Positions 18,629 through 27,547 of a DNA stretch of 64,000 bases are shown here, one piece after another. Below the pieces are notes generated by a model. The model was given only the letters and a program-made list of their open reading frames with translations. It was not told where the DNA came from and did not search any database. Made by a program: the position numbers and the translations under genes. Origin of the DNA: a virus; IMG/VR virus record IMGVR_UViG_3300047554_000303, positions 1-64,000 of that record, one strand, 5' to 3'. Position 1 is the stretch's first letter; the number at the start of each line of letters is the position of its first letter.

Positions 18629-20359
18629 CTAGTCTTTATCTATTGTAGAACGCACTGGCAACTCAGTGTTGTAAGCGTCATTCAACAAACCTTCTCTAAT
18701 CGCTACCTCTGCAGCGATGTTCTCCATTTGAGTCTGTGGGTCTGCGCCTGTTACTGGGTCTACTGGACCAGCCTGTCCATCACCTAGCACGTCACCACCG
18801 CCCATCATCATTGGGTCAATTGGAGTAGCAGTGCCGTCAGGACCAGCCATCATGCCAGTCATGTCCATAATCTGCTTCTGAATCTGTACACGCATCAAGT
18901 TGAGAGCGCCCTCAGCACGTGCTTCGTCAACAAGCTCCTGACGAATCTCACGTAGCTTCTCGTCTGGGAACTCCTCGCCAAGGGCACGTAGTGCACCGTG
19001 CTTGGACTCCAGACCCATCGATACCTTCTGTGCAAGCTCGTTAAGTAGAACAAGCTTGTCTAGAGGTAGTGGTGGAGGGAAGTGTGCGTAGTTGATGTAG
19101 GTGATTGGGTCGTCTGGGTCTAGACGCTCAACCTGACCTGGCTTAATAGGGCCGTTTACAGCAGGGTTGTATACAAGAGTCTCAGGCTCTTTTACAACGA
19201 GGTTGAGCATAACAAGCTCGTTAATACGCTGTAGACCTTCTTTATACTGAGCAACCTTGTGTGACCAACGGTTCATCAGAGGCTGGTACTGGATGGAAAG
19301 TGCAACACCTGAGGTGTTCGATACAGGCTGGGACTGACCAAGAGCAGACTCTGGCACGTTCATAAGCTCGTGCATTGAGCGCTTAATCATCTCTAGGTAC
19401 TGCAGAGCGCCCTGAATACCAGAGCCGCCGCCTTCTAGGTTGAAGACCTGTGCGTCCTTTGGCAGACCGCCCCAGACCTTCTTAGCGCCCTTCTCAAGGT
19501 TAGACGCCTTTGCACCCACGATAACAGTAACTGGAGCAGCGTGATAGTTAATAATATCCGCGATGTCAGTGGAGATTTCATTGTAGGAGCGGTTTAGGGC
19601 AATGATGTCATGAGCATCAGATAGGCCCCAAGGAGAACCAGATACAGGTGTGTTTGGTATGTGTACAACAGGGATAAGGCCCAGCGGGTTAGGGCGCGAA
19701 TCAATGAGCTCATCGTTAATGTACTCCTCAATAATGTCGTCCGTAAGAATCTCGGTGTAGGTGAATACCTGACGAGTACCCTCTAGTGAGGTTCCCCAGA
19801 AGCGGTACTTCTGCTTGAAACGGAGTAGACGAGTACGGTCGTGAGGGTGAAACTCTGGGAAACAGAAAGCTGAGTTTAGTGGGAGGATGCGCACACGGCC
19901 AGGGTGGAAGCGACCAATAGAGTCTTCCCATGCCTCTTCGTAAGCAATCTTGACAAAGCAGTCACCAGTGATTCCACCAATCTGTGCCATCTCTAGCAAA
20001 ATCTTGGTCTTGTCGTTATCTACTTCCCATACTCTTTCAAGTAGGTCAGGAACGATGTGCTCAGTGCTGGCTGGTGAGCGGAAGTGGACTCCGTGCCCAA
20101 AGGTAAAACGGGCTAGGTAGTCGATGAAAGCACGGTAGTAGTTTACCGAAATCTGCATTTCGCCCTGCTCACGGCGGTATCCCCAGTGGTGACCGAGGTA
20201 CATAGCCCAGTTGAGCGAGTAGCGGTTTAGGCGAGGGCCGTGGACTTCAAACTCTTCGTCAGCAAGCTCAACAAGTCCCAAAGGGGAAATGGAGATAGTA
20301 AGGTCAGATGACGCCGCTCTATAGCTAGGCGGAGAGAAATCGAAGTAGGAGCCACTCAT
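18629..20359 (-). CDS. Portal protein (SPP1 gp6-like)
   Basis: NPLGLIPVVHIPN..GSPWGLSD and SNTSGVALSIQYQPL motifs; 576 aa. Confidence 0.85.
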   Translation of the reverse strand: MSGSYFDFSPPSYRAASSDLTISISPLGLVELADEEFEVHGPRLNRYSLNWAMYLGHHWGYRREQGEMQISVNYYRAFIDYLARFTFGHGVHFRSPASTEHIVPDLLERVWEVDNDKTKILLEMAQIGGITGDCFVKIAYEEAWEDSIGRFHPGRVRILPLNSAFCFPEFHPHDRTRLLRFKQKYRFWGTSLEGTRQVFTYTEILTDDIIEEYINDELIDSRPNPLGLIPVVHIPNTPVSGSPWGLSDAHDIIALNRSYNEISTDIADIINYHAAPVTVIVGAKASNLEKGAKKVWGGLPKDAQVFNLEGGGSGIQGALQYLEMIKRSMHELMNVPESALGQSQPVSNTSGVALSIQYQPLMNRWSHKVAQYKEGLQRINELVMLNLVVKEPETLVYNPAVNGPIKPGQVERLDPDDPITYINYAHFPPPLPLDKLVLLNELAQKVSMGLESKHGALRALGEEFPDEKLREIRQELVDEARAEGALNLMRVQIQKQIMDMTGMMAGPDGTATPIDPMMMGGGDVLGDGQAGPVDPVTGADPQTQMENIAAEVAIREGLLNDAYNTELPVRSTIDKD

Positions 20360-20364
20360 ATTTT

Positions 20365-20631
20365 TTAGTGTTTCTTGTCTAGGCGGTGTCCGCGGTGCTT
20401 GAGGTCGCGGTCTTTCTCGTCAGGGTGGTGACCCTCACGTGCCTCTATCATATGTCTAATAACGCGTTTACGCTCATTTTCTACAACTGGGTCTATAAAC
20501 TTGCCGCCCAGTTCTAGATACCGCTTGTGCACCCAGTGAGATGCGCCAGGTGATGGATAAACACGGTACTTAGCCTTGGCTTGCATGACGACCATAGCGT
20601 AGAGCTTTTGGTTTGATGGGGTTTCAGCCAT
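20365..20631 (-). CDS. Hypothetical basic protein
   Basis: AKAKYRVYPSPGASHWVHKRYLELGGKF; operonic. Confidence 0.65.
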   Translation of the reverse strand: MAETPSNQKLYAMVVMQAKAKYRVYPSPGASHWVHKRYLELGGKFIDPVVENERKRVIRHMIEAREGHHPDEKDRDLKHRGHRLDKKH

Positions 20632-20646
20632 TGCAGTCCTAAAGGA

Positions 20647-20692
20647 CCTAGCCCCGTTCCCAGAAAGGGGAGAACTGGGAACGGAGGCTAGG
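20647..20692 (-). other. Intergenic 17-bp hairpin with anti-SD-like loop
   Basis: CCTAGCC(T)CCGTTCCCAG-loop TTCTCCCCTTT-CTGGGAACGGGGCTAGG. Confidence 0.6.
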
Positions 20693-20700
20693 AAGACGTA

Positions 20701-21093
20701 TTAGTCGTTTACTACGGTTGGGTTGACGCGCATGGTGCGACCCATGGACATCTTGGTCTCAATGACCTGCTCTGAGTTCTGGCTGTAAGAGCCGTGTGCG
20801 AACTCACCCAAGAAGGTAGGAGCCTCTACCCAAGCAGCCGAACCGACGTGTGCACGCTCTGAGAGAGTCTCAGCAGCTGGCTTCTGCCATACTGGTGCGT
20901 TACGGTTTGGACGACCTGGAGCAGTAGCAAAGCCAGAGGCCATGCCCTTCTGGAAGTCAGTTGGGACGTCGGTGTCAGTTGCGACACCCTCTTCGAAACG
21001 GAGTGGGCCACGACGCTCTGCGTTGCCTGACATCTTCATCTCGTAAGCCTGAGCACCACGCTCAGGGAATTGTGGATTTGGGGCGATACCCAT
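20701..21093 (-). CDS. Hypothetical protein (possible minor virion protein)
   Basis: Probable start MGIAPN at 21093 with AAGGAG RBS. Confidence 0.7.
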   Translation of the reverse strand: MGIAPNPQFPERGAQAYEMKMSGNAERRGPLRFEEGVATDTDVPTDFQKGMASGFATAPGRPNRNAPVWQKPAAETLSERAHVGSAAWVEAPTFLGEFAHGSYSQNSEQVIETKMSMGRTMRVNPTVVND

Positions 21094-21182
21094 AAGAAAC
21101 TCCTTAGTGATTGGAATAGTCGACTTTTCCACTTACAAGTTTGGCTTGTAATACCACTTTTGTAATACTCAACTCAAACTTT

Positions 21183-22799
21183 TTAATAGAACATGTTTGA
21201 GGTAGATTCAATCTCTGGCATCACTAGGTCTACAGTCATAGAACATGCGATAGCTAGGGAGTCTACGAAGTCATCGTGAGCGTAGTTTTCCTTAGGCGCT
21301 GCCACAGTGAAGTTAGGGCCCTTGTACACAACCTCAGCGTCAGTCATCTGCTGGTAGAACTGCTTCCAGATACGTAGGCGCTTAGTCTTAGCGTGGGCAG
21401 GGTACGACATCATTCCACGCTGGATTAGAGCCTGCAGGTGCTTGAATCGCTTGGACTGCTCGGTAGGGGAAGACGTAAGGGCGATTACCTCAGCACGAGG
21501 CATCAGTATCTTTAGTCTTTGGGCGACGGCGTCTCCGACACCGTTGGCGTCGACACCGATGGCGAGAACATCGTAGTTATTGAGGAAGTTAACAATCTGA
21601 AAATACTGCTCTTCCCAGTCGTCACCTTGTAGTTCCAGCCAGTTAAGTACTCGGTGGTCATAATAGCCAAATTCATCTGGACGGTCCCAGTCGACCCAGA
21701 CCACAGTGACAACAGTGGAGTCCATTTTTCTAGCAGGGTCGATTCCGACCACAACAGGGGTTTTATGCCAGACTTTGACGAGTTCTTGAGATTTGTCACC
21801 AAGCTCATCCAAGACGGAAGACGTAACAAACATGCCTCGTTCAAGAAGCCACTTGCAGTTGTAAGACATCTGGAACTCATCTGAGTCCTCTCCGATTCGT
21901 AGCATCTCTTTTTTGATGAACTTGGCATAGTTGTCATTTACCTTTGCGACGTCGCGCCAGTCCCATTGGTAGTGGTTCTGTCTAGCACCACGACCAGTTG
22001 CACGGCGTTTGTTTAGCTGAATAGACCTGTAGAAGTTGTTCTTACTGGTAGTTGGGGTACCAGTCTTAATCATTGTTCCTGCGTAGTACGCAAGCATCGG
22101 GGAAATAGACTTGGACACTACGAAGTCGTCAGCTTCTTGGCACTCGTCGATAACAATTACATGGAACGACTTAGACTCAATTTTCGCACGAGGGTTGGCG
22201 GTCATCATGGTAAGCGTAGAGCCAGCCTTCTTGAGGCGAATCATGCGGGTCACACCACCGACTTTGGCAGCTTGGTCGTCAATCTCTGGGTCGCCTAGAA
22301 CTTCTTGGGCACGCTCAGATGTAAGGCGAGTAACAGTTCTGGAGAACAGAGTTTCCGCCTGTGACTCGGTAGGAGCGAACATACCTACCCAAAGGCCATC
22401 CTTAAAACGCCCCAATAGGTCTGGGTAAAGCTTGGCTAGTAGAGGAAGCAGCACCATCAGCGTAGATAGTGTGTCTGACACGGTCTCTGTCTTACCTGAC
22501 TGACGAGATGCCAGGGCAGTGATTTCTTCACCGTCGTTTATAATAACGGACTCTATAATACGACGTGCCAGTGGTTTCTGATACGGGTGCAGGTCATGGC
22601 CTACTAGAACAACCATAAACTGCATAATCTTCTCAATGATGCGGTTTACAAATGCCTGGGATAGAGGGTCTTCCTCTTCAATCTCTTCGAACTGTTCTAG
22701 TTCTTCGTCGTGCTCTTCTTGGTAGTACTCAGGACTGATTTCTTCAAACTTGTCATCACCGTAGTACTCGTCTTCTTCAATTTCATCCATTGCGCTCAC
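21183..22799 (-). CDS. terL: Terminase large subunit
   Basis: Walker A ASRQSGKT, Walker B VIVIDECQ, GTP coupling motif, nuclease GIDPA...HDDFVDSLA. Confidence 0.93.
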   Translation of the reverse strand: MSAMDEIEEDEYYGDDKFEEISPEYYQEEHDEELEQFEEIEEEDPLSQAFVNRIIEKIMQFMVVLVGHDLHPYQKPLARRIIESVIINDGEEITALASRQSGKTETVSDTLSTLMVLLPLLAKLYPDLLGRFKDGLWVGMFAPTESQAETLFSRTVTRLTSERAQEVLGDPEIDDQAAKVGGVTRMIRLKKAGSTLTMMTANPRAKIESKSFHVIVIDECQEADDFVVSKSISPMLAYYAGTMIKTGTPTTSKNNFYRSIQLNKRRATGRGARQNHYQWDWRDVAKVNDNYAKFIKKEMLRIGEDSDEFQMSYNCKWLLERGMFVTSSVLDELGDKSQELVKVWHKTPVVVGIDPARKMDSTVVTVVWVDWDRPDEFGYYDHRVLNWLELQGDDWEEQYFQIVNFLNNYDVLAIGVDANGVGDAVAQRLKILMPRAEVIALTSSPTEQSKRFKHLQALIQRGMMSYPAHAKTKRLRIWKQFYQQMTDAEVVYKGPNFTVAAPKENYAHDDFVDSLAIACSMTVDLVMPEIESTSNMFY

Positions 22800-23025
22800 G
22801 GTTCTTTAGCTCGGTGGTAATTGCAAACAAGGCTTCTGCACCAAGGTGTGCCTCTTCAAGAAGCACAGGGTCTTGACTTCTAGACCACTGGGTTAGGCTT
22901 TTTCCAATAGCAAACAAGGCGTTCTCAGCCCAAAGGACTAGCTCAGTAGTCCCAATCTTCTCCACTCTCTTCTGGAGCTTGGTAGGCAGCTGGGGTCCAC
23001 CCTTTGTCTTTTGAAAAATCTTCAT
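22783..23025 (-). CDS. Hypothetical protein
   Basis: ORF track; operonic. Confidence 0.6.
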   Translation of the reverse strand: MKIFQKTKGGPQLPTKLQKRVEKIGTTELVLWAENALFAIGKSLTQWSRSQDPVLLEEAHLGAEALFAITTELKNRERNG

Positions 23026-23269
23026 CTTTTAGTACCCGTCCTTGAACTGCTCGGTTTAGTGCTTCTTCTTCACTGTCAATTTTACCTGTCCACTTACCCA
23101 CTACGAAGGCCTTGTGGTTAGGCATCCTAAAAATAAAAGGCTCAGAAGTTCTAAATGGCTCTGAGATTTCTTGAGTCCAACCTTTAACGTACAGCTTAGT
23201 CCCCCACTCAACAGGGAAGTCGATGTACTGAAAGAAGTGTTTTGGTCCGATGTTGTGAATCTTAGGCAT
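22943..23269 (-). CDS. Hypothetical protein
   Basis: ORF track; TAATG coupled to the upstream gene. Confidence 0.6.
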   Translation of the reverse strand: MPKIHNIGPKHFFQYIDFPVEWGTKLYVKGWTQEISEPFRTSEPFIFRMPNHKAFVVGKWTGKIDSEEEALNRAVQGRVLKDEDFSKDKGWTPAAYQAPEESGEDWDY

Positions 23270-24042
23270 TATTTCTGATTAGGGTTCTTTCCGAGTTTCT
23301 TCTGAGCAGACTTAGGAACAGCTCCAGGTTTGACCGTACGGCGCTCGCCAGTAGCCTTGTTAGTGTACTTGTACGCCCGCTTGGTTGAGAAGCGATACTG
23401 GCTTGCACGAGCAATCGTATAGATAAGCTGACGATTTTGTTCTGAAACTCTGGAGACATCTGCAGGGCCATTACGGTAGTTCCTAGTCAGGTCTGCAGAA
23501 GGCAAGTCTTTAGCGATGAACTCACCCTTAGAGATAGACGTGCGGAACTTCACCCAGAAAGAACGGTCTACGTCGTAGTAGTTCCACAGGGTGCCGTCAC
23601 GGAACAAAACAGTGAGAGTGCCAAGGTTATCTGACGAAGCACCTGACTGACGAGGGTATCTTTCCCAACCAGCGGCAACAGTGTAAGGGCGCTTGTAGTT
23701 CGTGCTACTTGTAGGAACAATCGTAAGAGCAGCTGGACGGGCGTTGTCAGGCCCTACGCTGTCGAAGTCTAAGGCGTTGTACTGAAGCTCTTCTTCGCCA
23801 GTCTCAGGGTTGACAGCCATGAAAGGCTGGCGCACTGGGGTTTCGTCGGTATTCTTAGGCTTGTAAAAGCGAGCCTCTAGCTCGCCCTCAGCGTTGTACC
23901 TGACTTCTTGGGAGTAGCCCTGCTCGTCTGCAAAGATGGGGTCTGTTAGGCGCGGTAGATTACGAGTGCCTGTGCCCTGACGGTATTGTTCTAGGAGCCG
24001 TCGACGGGCATCTGCGTCGTAGCCTTTAAAGTATTTCGCCAT
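23269..24042 (-). CDS. KTSC domain-containing protein
   Basis: GTLTVLFRDGTLWNYYDVDRSFWVKFRTSISKGEFI matches the KTSC pattern. Confidence 0.7.
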   Translation of the reverse strand: MAKYFKGYDADARRRLLEQYRQGTGTRNLPRLTDPIFADEQGYSQEVRYNAEGELEARFYKPKNTDETPVRQPFMAVNPETGEEELQYNALDFDSVGPDNARPAALTIVPTSSTNYKRPYTVAAGWERYPRQSGASSDNLGTLTVLFRDGTLWNYYDVDRSFWVKFRTSISKGEFIAKDLPSADLTRNYRNGPADVSRVSEQNRQLIYTIARASQYRFSTKRAYKYTNKATGERRTVKPGAVPKSAQKKLGKNPNQK

Positions 24043-24056
24043 AATGTCCTAAAACT

Positions 24057-24087
24057 AAACCCCTAGCAACAATGTTACTAGGGGCTT
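24057..24087 (-). terminator. Putative intrinsic terminator
   Basis: CCCCTAGTAAC-ATT-GTTGCTAGGGG followed by TTTAGTTTT. Confidence 0.55.
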
Positions 24088-24106
24088 AGTAGTTACAGTC
24101 GCTAAA

Positions 24107-24790
24107 TTAGCTAGCTGCTGCGAAAGGGGTGATGGTGATGGCGTCGCCAACCTCAACCTCGTTAGCGCCTGCGGCGACTGACTGGGTCTTGATGGTTCCA
24201 GCTACACCGTGGATGTTGCCAGTCTCGTTGATGCCAGTGGTGTCTCCGACGGTGAATCCAGAACCAGCGATGGTTAGGGTGGTCGAAGTTGCTGCAGTTA
24301 CAGTCCAAGTACCAAGAGCGTACGAAGGTAGGTTAACTGGGCTAGAACCAGCTGGGGTACCAGCTAGTAGAGTTACCTTAGAACCTACTGGGTAAGCGGT
24401 ACTTGCAGAGGAGGTGTAAACCACAGCGACAGTTGCGCTAGTTGCGTTGAAGCGGGTTACGTCCTTCTTAGCGTTGGTAGCTGCAGTAGCTACGGTAACA
24501 ACTAGACCTGCATCCTCAAGGATGTCGGTTGCGTTGGCAGTGGTCTGACCGATAACGCTAGCTACGGTGATGTAGCCTGCGCCCTCTGGTCCTGCACTGT
24601 TAGGGGTGTATAGCGGATATCCGTTCCAACCAGTGTAAGCAACGTTGTGGTTGTCTAGGGCGGCGTTTAGCAGACCGCCACCGTTCTCTTCACGGACATC
24701 GTTTGGCTGCATGGGCATGTTACCCCATACGTGGTCAATGACGACGTTTCCAGCGTCGTCTAGTAGGTTGCCATTTTCATTTACGGCCAT
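24107..24790 (-). CDS. PASTA-like domain protein with an inserted beta domain
   Basis: ITVASVIGQTTANATDILEDAGLVV...[insert]...GTIKTQSVAAGANEVEVGDAITIT. Confidence 0.6.
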   Translation of the reverse strand: MAVNENGNLLDDAGNVVIDHVWGNMPMQPNDVREENGGGLLNAALDNHNVAYTGWNGYPLYTPNSAGPEGAGYITVASVIGQTTANATDILEDAGLVVTVATAATNAKKDVTRFNATSATVAVVYTSSASTAYPVGSKVTLLAGTPAGSSPVNLPSYALGTWTVTAATSTTLTIAGSGFTVGDTTGINETGNIHGVAGTIKTQSVAAGANEVEVGDAITITPFAAAS

Positions 24791-25026
24791 TAGTATTCTT
24801 CCTCACATTCATGAATGGGTAGTTCGTCCTCATAGAGTACCTCTCCGCAGTCCCTACAACGGAACATACGAACGTCGTCTAGTGCTTCATGTAAAGAGTC
24901 GGAGTGGGAGTCGTCGTACACTACCCGAGTTTGCGCAAGAATCTCGGGAGGGAACGGACCATGAGGTCTGTATGCAGATTTAGGGACCTCGTGTCCCTGA
25001 ACTGCAAACTTTCTAATCAGCGCCAT
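24790..25026 (-). CDS. Small zinc-finger protein
   Basis: CRDC...HEC. Confidence 0.6.
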   Translation of the reverse strand: MALIRKFAVQGHEVPKSAYRPHGPFPPEILAQTRVVYDDSHSDSLHEALDDVRMFRCRDCGEVLYEDELPIHECEEEY

Positions 25027-25243
25027 TTTCGTCTACTGGCTCTTCGGCAACTACAGGCTCTTCTGCAGGTGCGGACTTCTTCTTGGTAGACTTTGGTGCT
25101 TCTTCGACGAAAGGCTTTAGAGCGCCTGAAAACTTCGCACGGACTGTTCTAGGTACGTGCTTGTTGCAGTACACAATAGAGAAGCTAGGGGTTACTTCGT
25201 ACACCAGCTCAGCTGGTGACTCGCAGTTTGCACAAGTAGTCAT
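25013..25243 (-). CDS. Small zinc-finger protein
   Basis: CANC...CNKH. Confidence 0.6.
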   Translation of the reverse strand: MTTCANCESPAELVYEVTPSFSIVYCNKHVPRTVRAKFSGALKPFVEEAPKSTKKKSAPAEEPVVAEEPVDENGAD

Positions 25244-25770
25244 TACTTAACCTTTTTTGCGGTTGGCTTAGGGGTAGCAGCAGGCTTTGCTGCAGGAGCC
25301 TTAGGAGTGGCTTTAGGGGTCGCAGCTGGTTTTGCCGCAGGGGTCTTTGCTGCAGGCTTAGAGGCTGGCCTAGAAGTCTTAGCAGGGGTAGCTGGCGCTG
25401 AAGTCTTCTTAGTGGTTAGGTCAAGACTGGTAGGAGTCATTCTGAACTTAGTGCCACCTTCAGTGACACCCTCGCCCTTTTTAGTCCCAGTTAGACGCTC
25501 AGCGGCCTTTACGTTAGTGTTGACCTGCTTCTTGTAGGTCTTACGCTCCTGCTTACCCGCAGTCTTTATTTCGCTCTCTTTTAAGCTGGACTTTAGGGTG
25601 TCCCTAACAGCGCCCTCACGGATGCGAATCTCAGAGTCAAGCATCTTGTCGTTTAAACGCTGCTTTTCCTTACGAAGGCCGCCAAAGGCTTCGCCAATCT
25701 TGGAAATGCTCTGGGCTAGGCTGCTTACGCCATTGCCGCCAAAGCTATAAGGACTCTTCTGATTACTCAT
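25243..25770 (-). CDS. Basic protein with histone-H1-like PAAK/PKA tail
   Basis: C-terminal KPAAKTPAAKPAATPKATPKAPAAKP. Confidence 0.65.
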   Translation of the reverse strand: MSNQKSPYSFGGNGVSSLAQSISKIGEAFGGLRKEKQRLNDKMLDSEIRIREGAVRDTLKSSLKESEIKTAGKQERKTYKKQVNTNVKAAERLTGTKKGEGVTEGGTKFRMTPTSLDLTTKKTSAPATPAKTSRPASKPAAKTPAAKPAATPKATPKAPAAKPAATPKPTAKKVK

Positions 25771-25772
25771 GC

Positions 25773-26123
25773 TTAAAGTGTATCCTCTAACGCATTAACG
25801 CGACTGTATAAGTCGTCAAACTTTTTGTCGCCATCAATCAGGCGTTTTTCGATTCTGTTGACGGTGTCCTTGACGGATTTACCGCCGTTTCTGCTCAACT
25901 CACCGTCAAGGCGGTTGATACGCTCCATGACTCCAGGGACACGGTCTCTGCCTGGCTCTGCAGGAGTTCCGTCCCAGTCACGGAAGAAGTTGTCTAGTCT
26001 GGTCTGGGCTTTCTTCATGCTTCTAAACAGGGGCGCTAATAGTGCGCCTACTCCAAGAAGAGTGCCTGAAAAAGCACCAATAGCGGTCACAAGGTATAGA
26101 AAAGCGTCTACATTATTTGGCAT
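25773..26123 (-). CDS. Single-TM membrane protein of the lysis region
   Basis: N-terminal TM; NGGKSVKDTVNRIE motif. Confidence 0.6.
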   Translation of the reverse strand: MPNNVDAFLYLVTAIGAFSGTLLGVGALLAPLFRSMKKAQTRLDNFFRDWDGTPAEPGRDRVPGVMERINRLDGELSRNGGKSVKDTVNRIEKRLIDGDKKFDDLYSRVNALEDTL

Positions 26124-26135
26124 TGTGGTTTATTC

Positions 26136-26345
26136 CTAGTTGGCTCGGTACGTCCCTTTACGGATGTACGTCTGTTTGTTACTACCGCCTGTTACTGATT
26201 CTCCCTGCTGGCCTTTGCCAGGTGTTTTATGTGTCACAATGCTTGGTCGTTCTATGGATTTAGGGTAGCTGTAAGGGATAAGCTGAGGCCCCAACACAGC
26301 GGTCAGAACCTGCTGGTTGGGGCGCAAAGCCTTACGTGGTTGCAC
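26136..26345 (-). CDS. Hypothetical protein
   Basis: ORF track; operonic. Confidence 0.5.
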   Translation of the reverse strand: MQPRKALRPNQQVLTAVLGPQLIPYSYPKSIERPSIVTHKTPGKGQQGESVTGGSNKQTYIRKGTYRAN

Positions 26346-26347
26346 TG

Positions 26348-26719
26348 TTAGTCGTTACGGTCGTCTGGGTCGTCGCCGAACAACTCGTCGTCGTTGTCGT
26401 CAAACTCTACGTCGTCAAACGTGAAGTCGCCGTCTTCTTCGACCTTCAAAGCTGCTTCTAAGTTCTCGTTGCTTTCAGCGGCCTTAGCTACTGCGGCACG
26501 AAATGCGTTGGCCACGTCTTGGCCGTCAATCTTTCCTTGCCACGTGAGTGAAACACCCAACATAGTCGCCACAGCCGCGAAAGCGGTTCCGACACCAATG
26601 ATGGAACCGAGCCACCAGTCACCATTGGTTGCGATAGAACCTACACCAGTACCTGCGAAAAAGGTCGCCAAGAAGAGACCTGCAGCACGAGCGAGGATTT
26701 GCTTGATGATGTCCTTCAT
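26348..26719 (-). CDS. Holin-like two-TM protein
   Basis: Two hydrophobic segments, acidic tail, adjacent to the M23 peptidase. Confidence 0.6.
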   Translation of the reverse strand: MKDIIKQILARAAGLFLATFFAGTGVGSIATNGDWWLGSIIGVGTAFAAVATMLGVSLTWQGKIDGQDVANAFRAAVAKAAESNENLEAALKVEEDGDFTFDDVEFDDNDDELFGDDPDDRND

Positions 26720-27159
26720 TATGCGTTCTCCTTAATAGCCTTGTATAGGTCTGCCTTGTCAGCAGTAGCCCCGAATACACCCTTTACCTTTTTCGATAGA
26801 GTGGCATGAAGGTGCGGACCGCTTGAGGCGCTGCCAGTGTTACCGACTAGGCCCACTACGTCGCCTAGGGCAACCTTGTCGCCTACCTTTAGGGTTGGGG
26901 CTGCCTTTAGGTGGCAGTAACCGATGAACCAAATCTTGCCGTCTTTATCAGCGGCAGACTGTACGATGACGTGACCAAGAACCTTGGACTCGCCTACAAA
27001 CTTGATGGTGCCTTTTGCAATTGCGGGAATCTTAGTTCCCTCTGGCATTGCCCAGTCGGTACCGCTGTGGGCTTGTAGCCCGTTCTTCTTGCGGAACTCC
27101 GACATAGTGCCGTAGTGCCCAGTAATCTTCTTATCTGGGAAGGGCGACTTCCAACTCAT
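26719..27159 (-). CDS. M23 family peptidase (endolysin)
   Basis: HSGTD, YCHL and GNTGSASSGPHLH motifs. Confidence 0.9.
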   Translation of the reverse strand: MSWKSPFPDKKITGHYGTMSEFRKKNGLQAHSGTDWAMPEGTKIPAIAKGTIKFVGESKVLGHVIVQSAADKDGKIWFIGYCHLKAAPTLKVGDKVALGDVVGLVGNTGSASSGPHLHATLSKKVKGVFGATADKADLYKAIKENA

Positions 27160-27201
27160 AATAGTCCTTAAATACTAATTGCCCTCACCAACAATTGTGA
27201 C

Positions 27202-27381
27202 TTATTCGAACGGATTTGGGGGTCTAAGCTCTGGGGTATAGCGCAGGCTTTTCATGTACCAGTAGACAAACTCTGAGTACTCGTCAGAAGAGAGCTGTCG
27301 CCCTATGCGCTTCTCTGTCTGACGAGCCTCAAAGTCTGCTTTAGCAAACAGCTCTTCGTTACTCAGTATCGTCTCGTTCAT
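27202..27381 (-). CDS. Hypothetical 59-aa protein
   Basis: Hand-translated MNETILSNEELFAKADFEARQ...PNPFE. Confidence 0.5.
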   Translation of the reverse strand: MNETILSNEELFAKADFEARQTEKRIGRQLSSDEYSEFVYWYMKSLRYTPELRPPNPFE

Positions 27382-27547
27382 AACGTAGCGGGAAGGTAAT
27401 GACCCACACTCCTAGGGTCACCCAGATTAGCATACCTACGACTTCTTTTGCTGAGCCTTCTAGTACGACCCACGCCACGAACATACCGAGCAAAGTCCAT
27501 GCCTGGTCGATAATGTCCTTGAGTAGGGCCTTAATGAACTTCAACAT
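27359..27547 (-). CDS. Small two-TM membrane protein
   Basis: DQAWTLLGMFVAWVVLEGSAK...; coupled to 27547-29475. Confidence 0.7.
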   Translation of the reverse strand: MLKFIKALLKDIIDQAWTLLGMFVAWVVLEGSAKEVVGMLIWVTLGVWVITFPLRYERDDTE

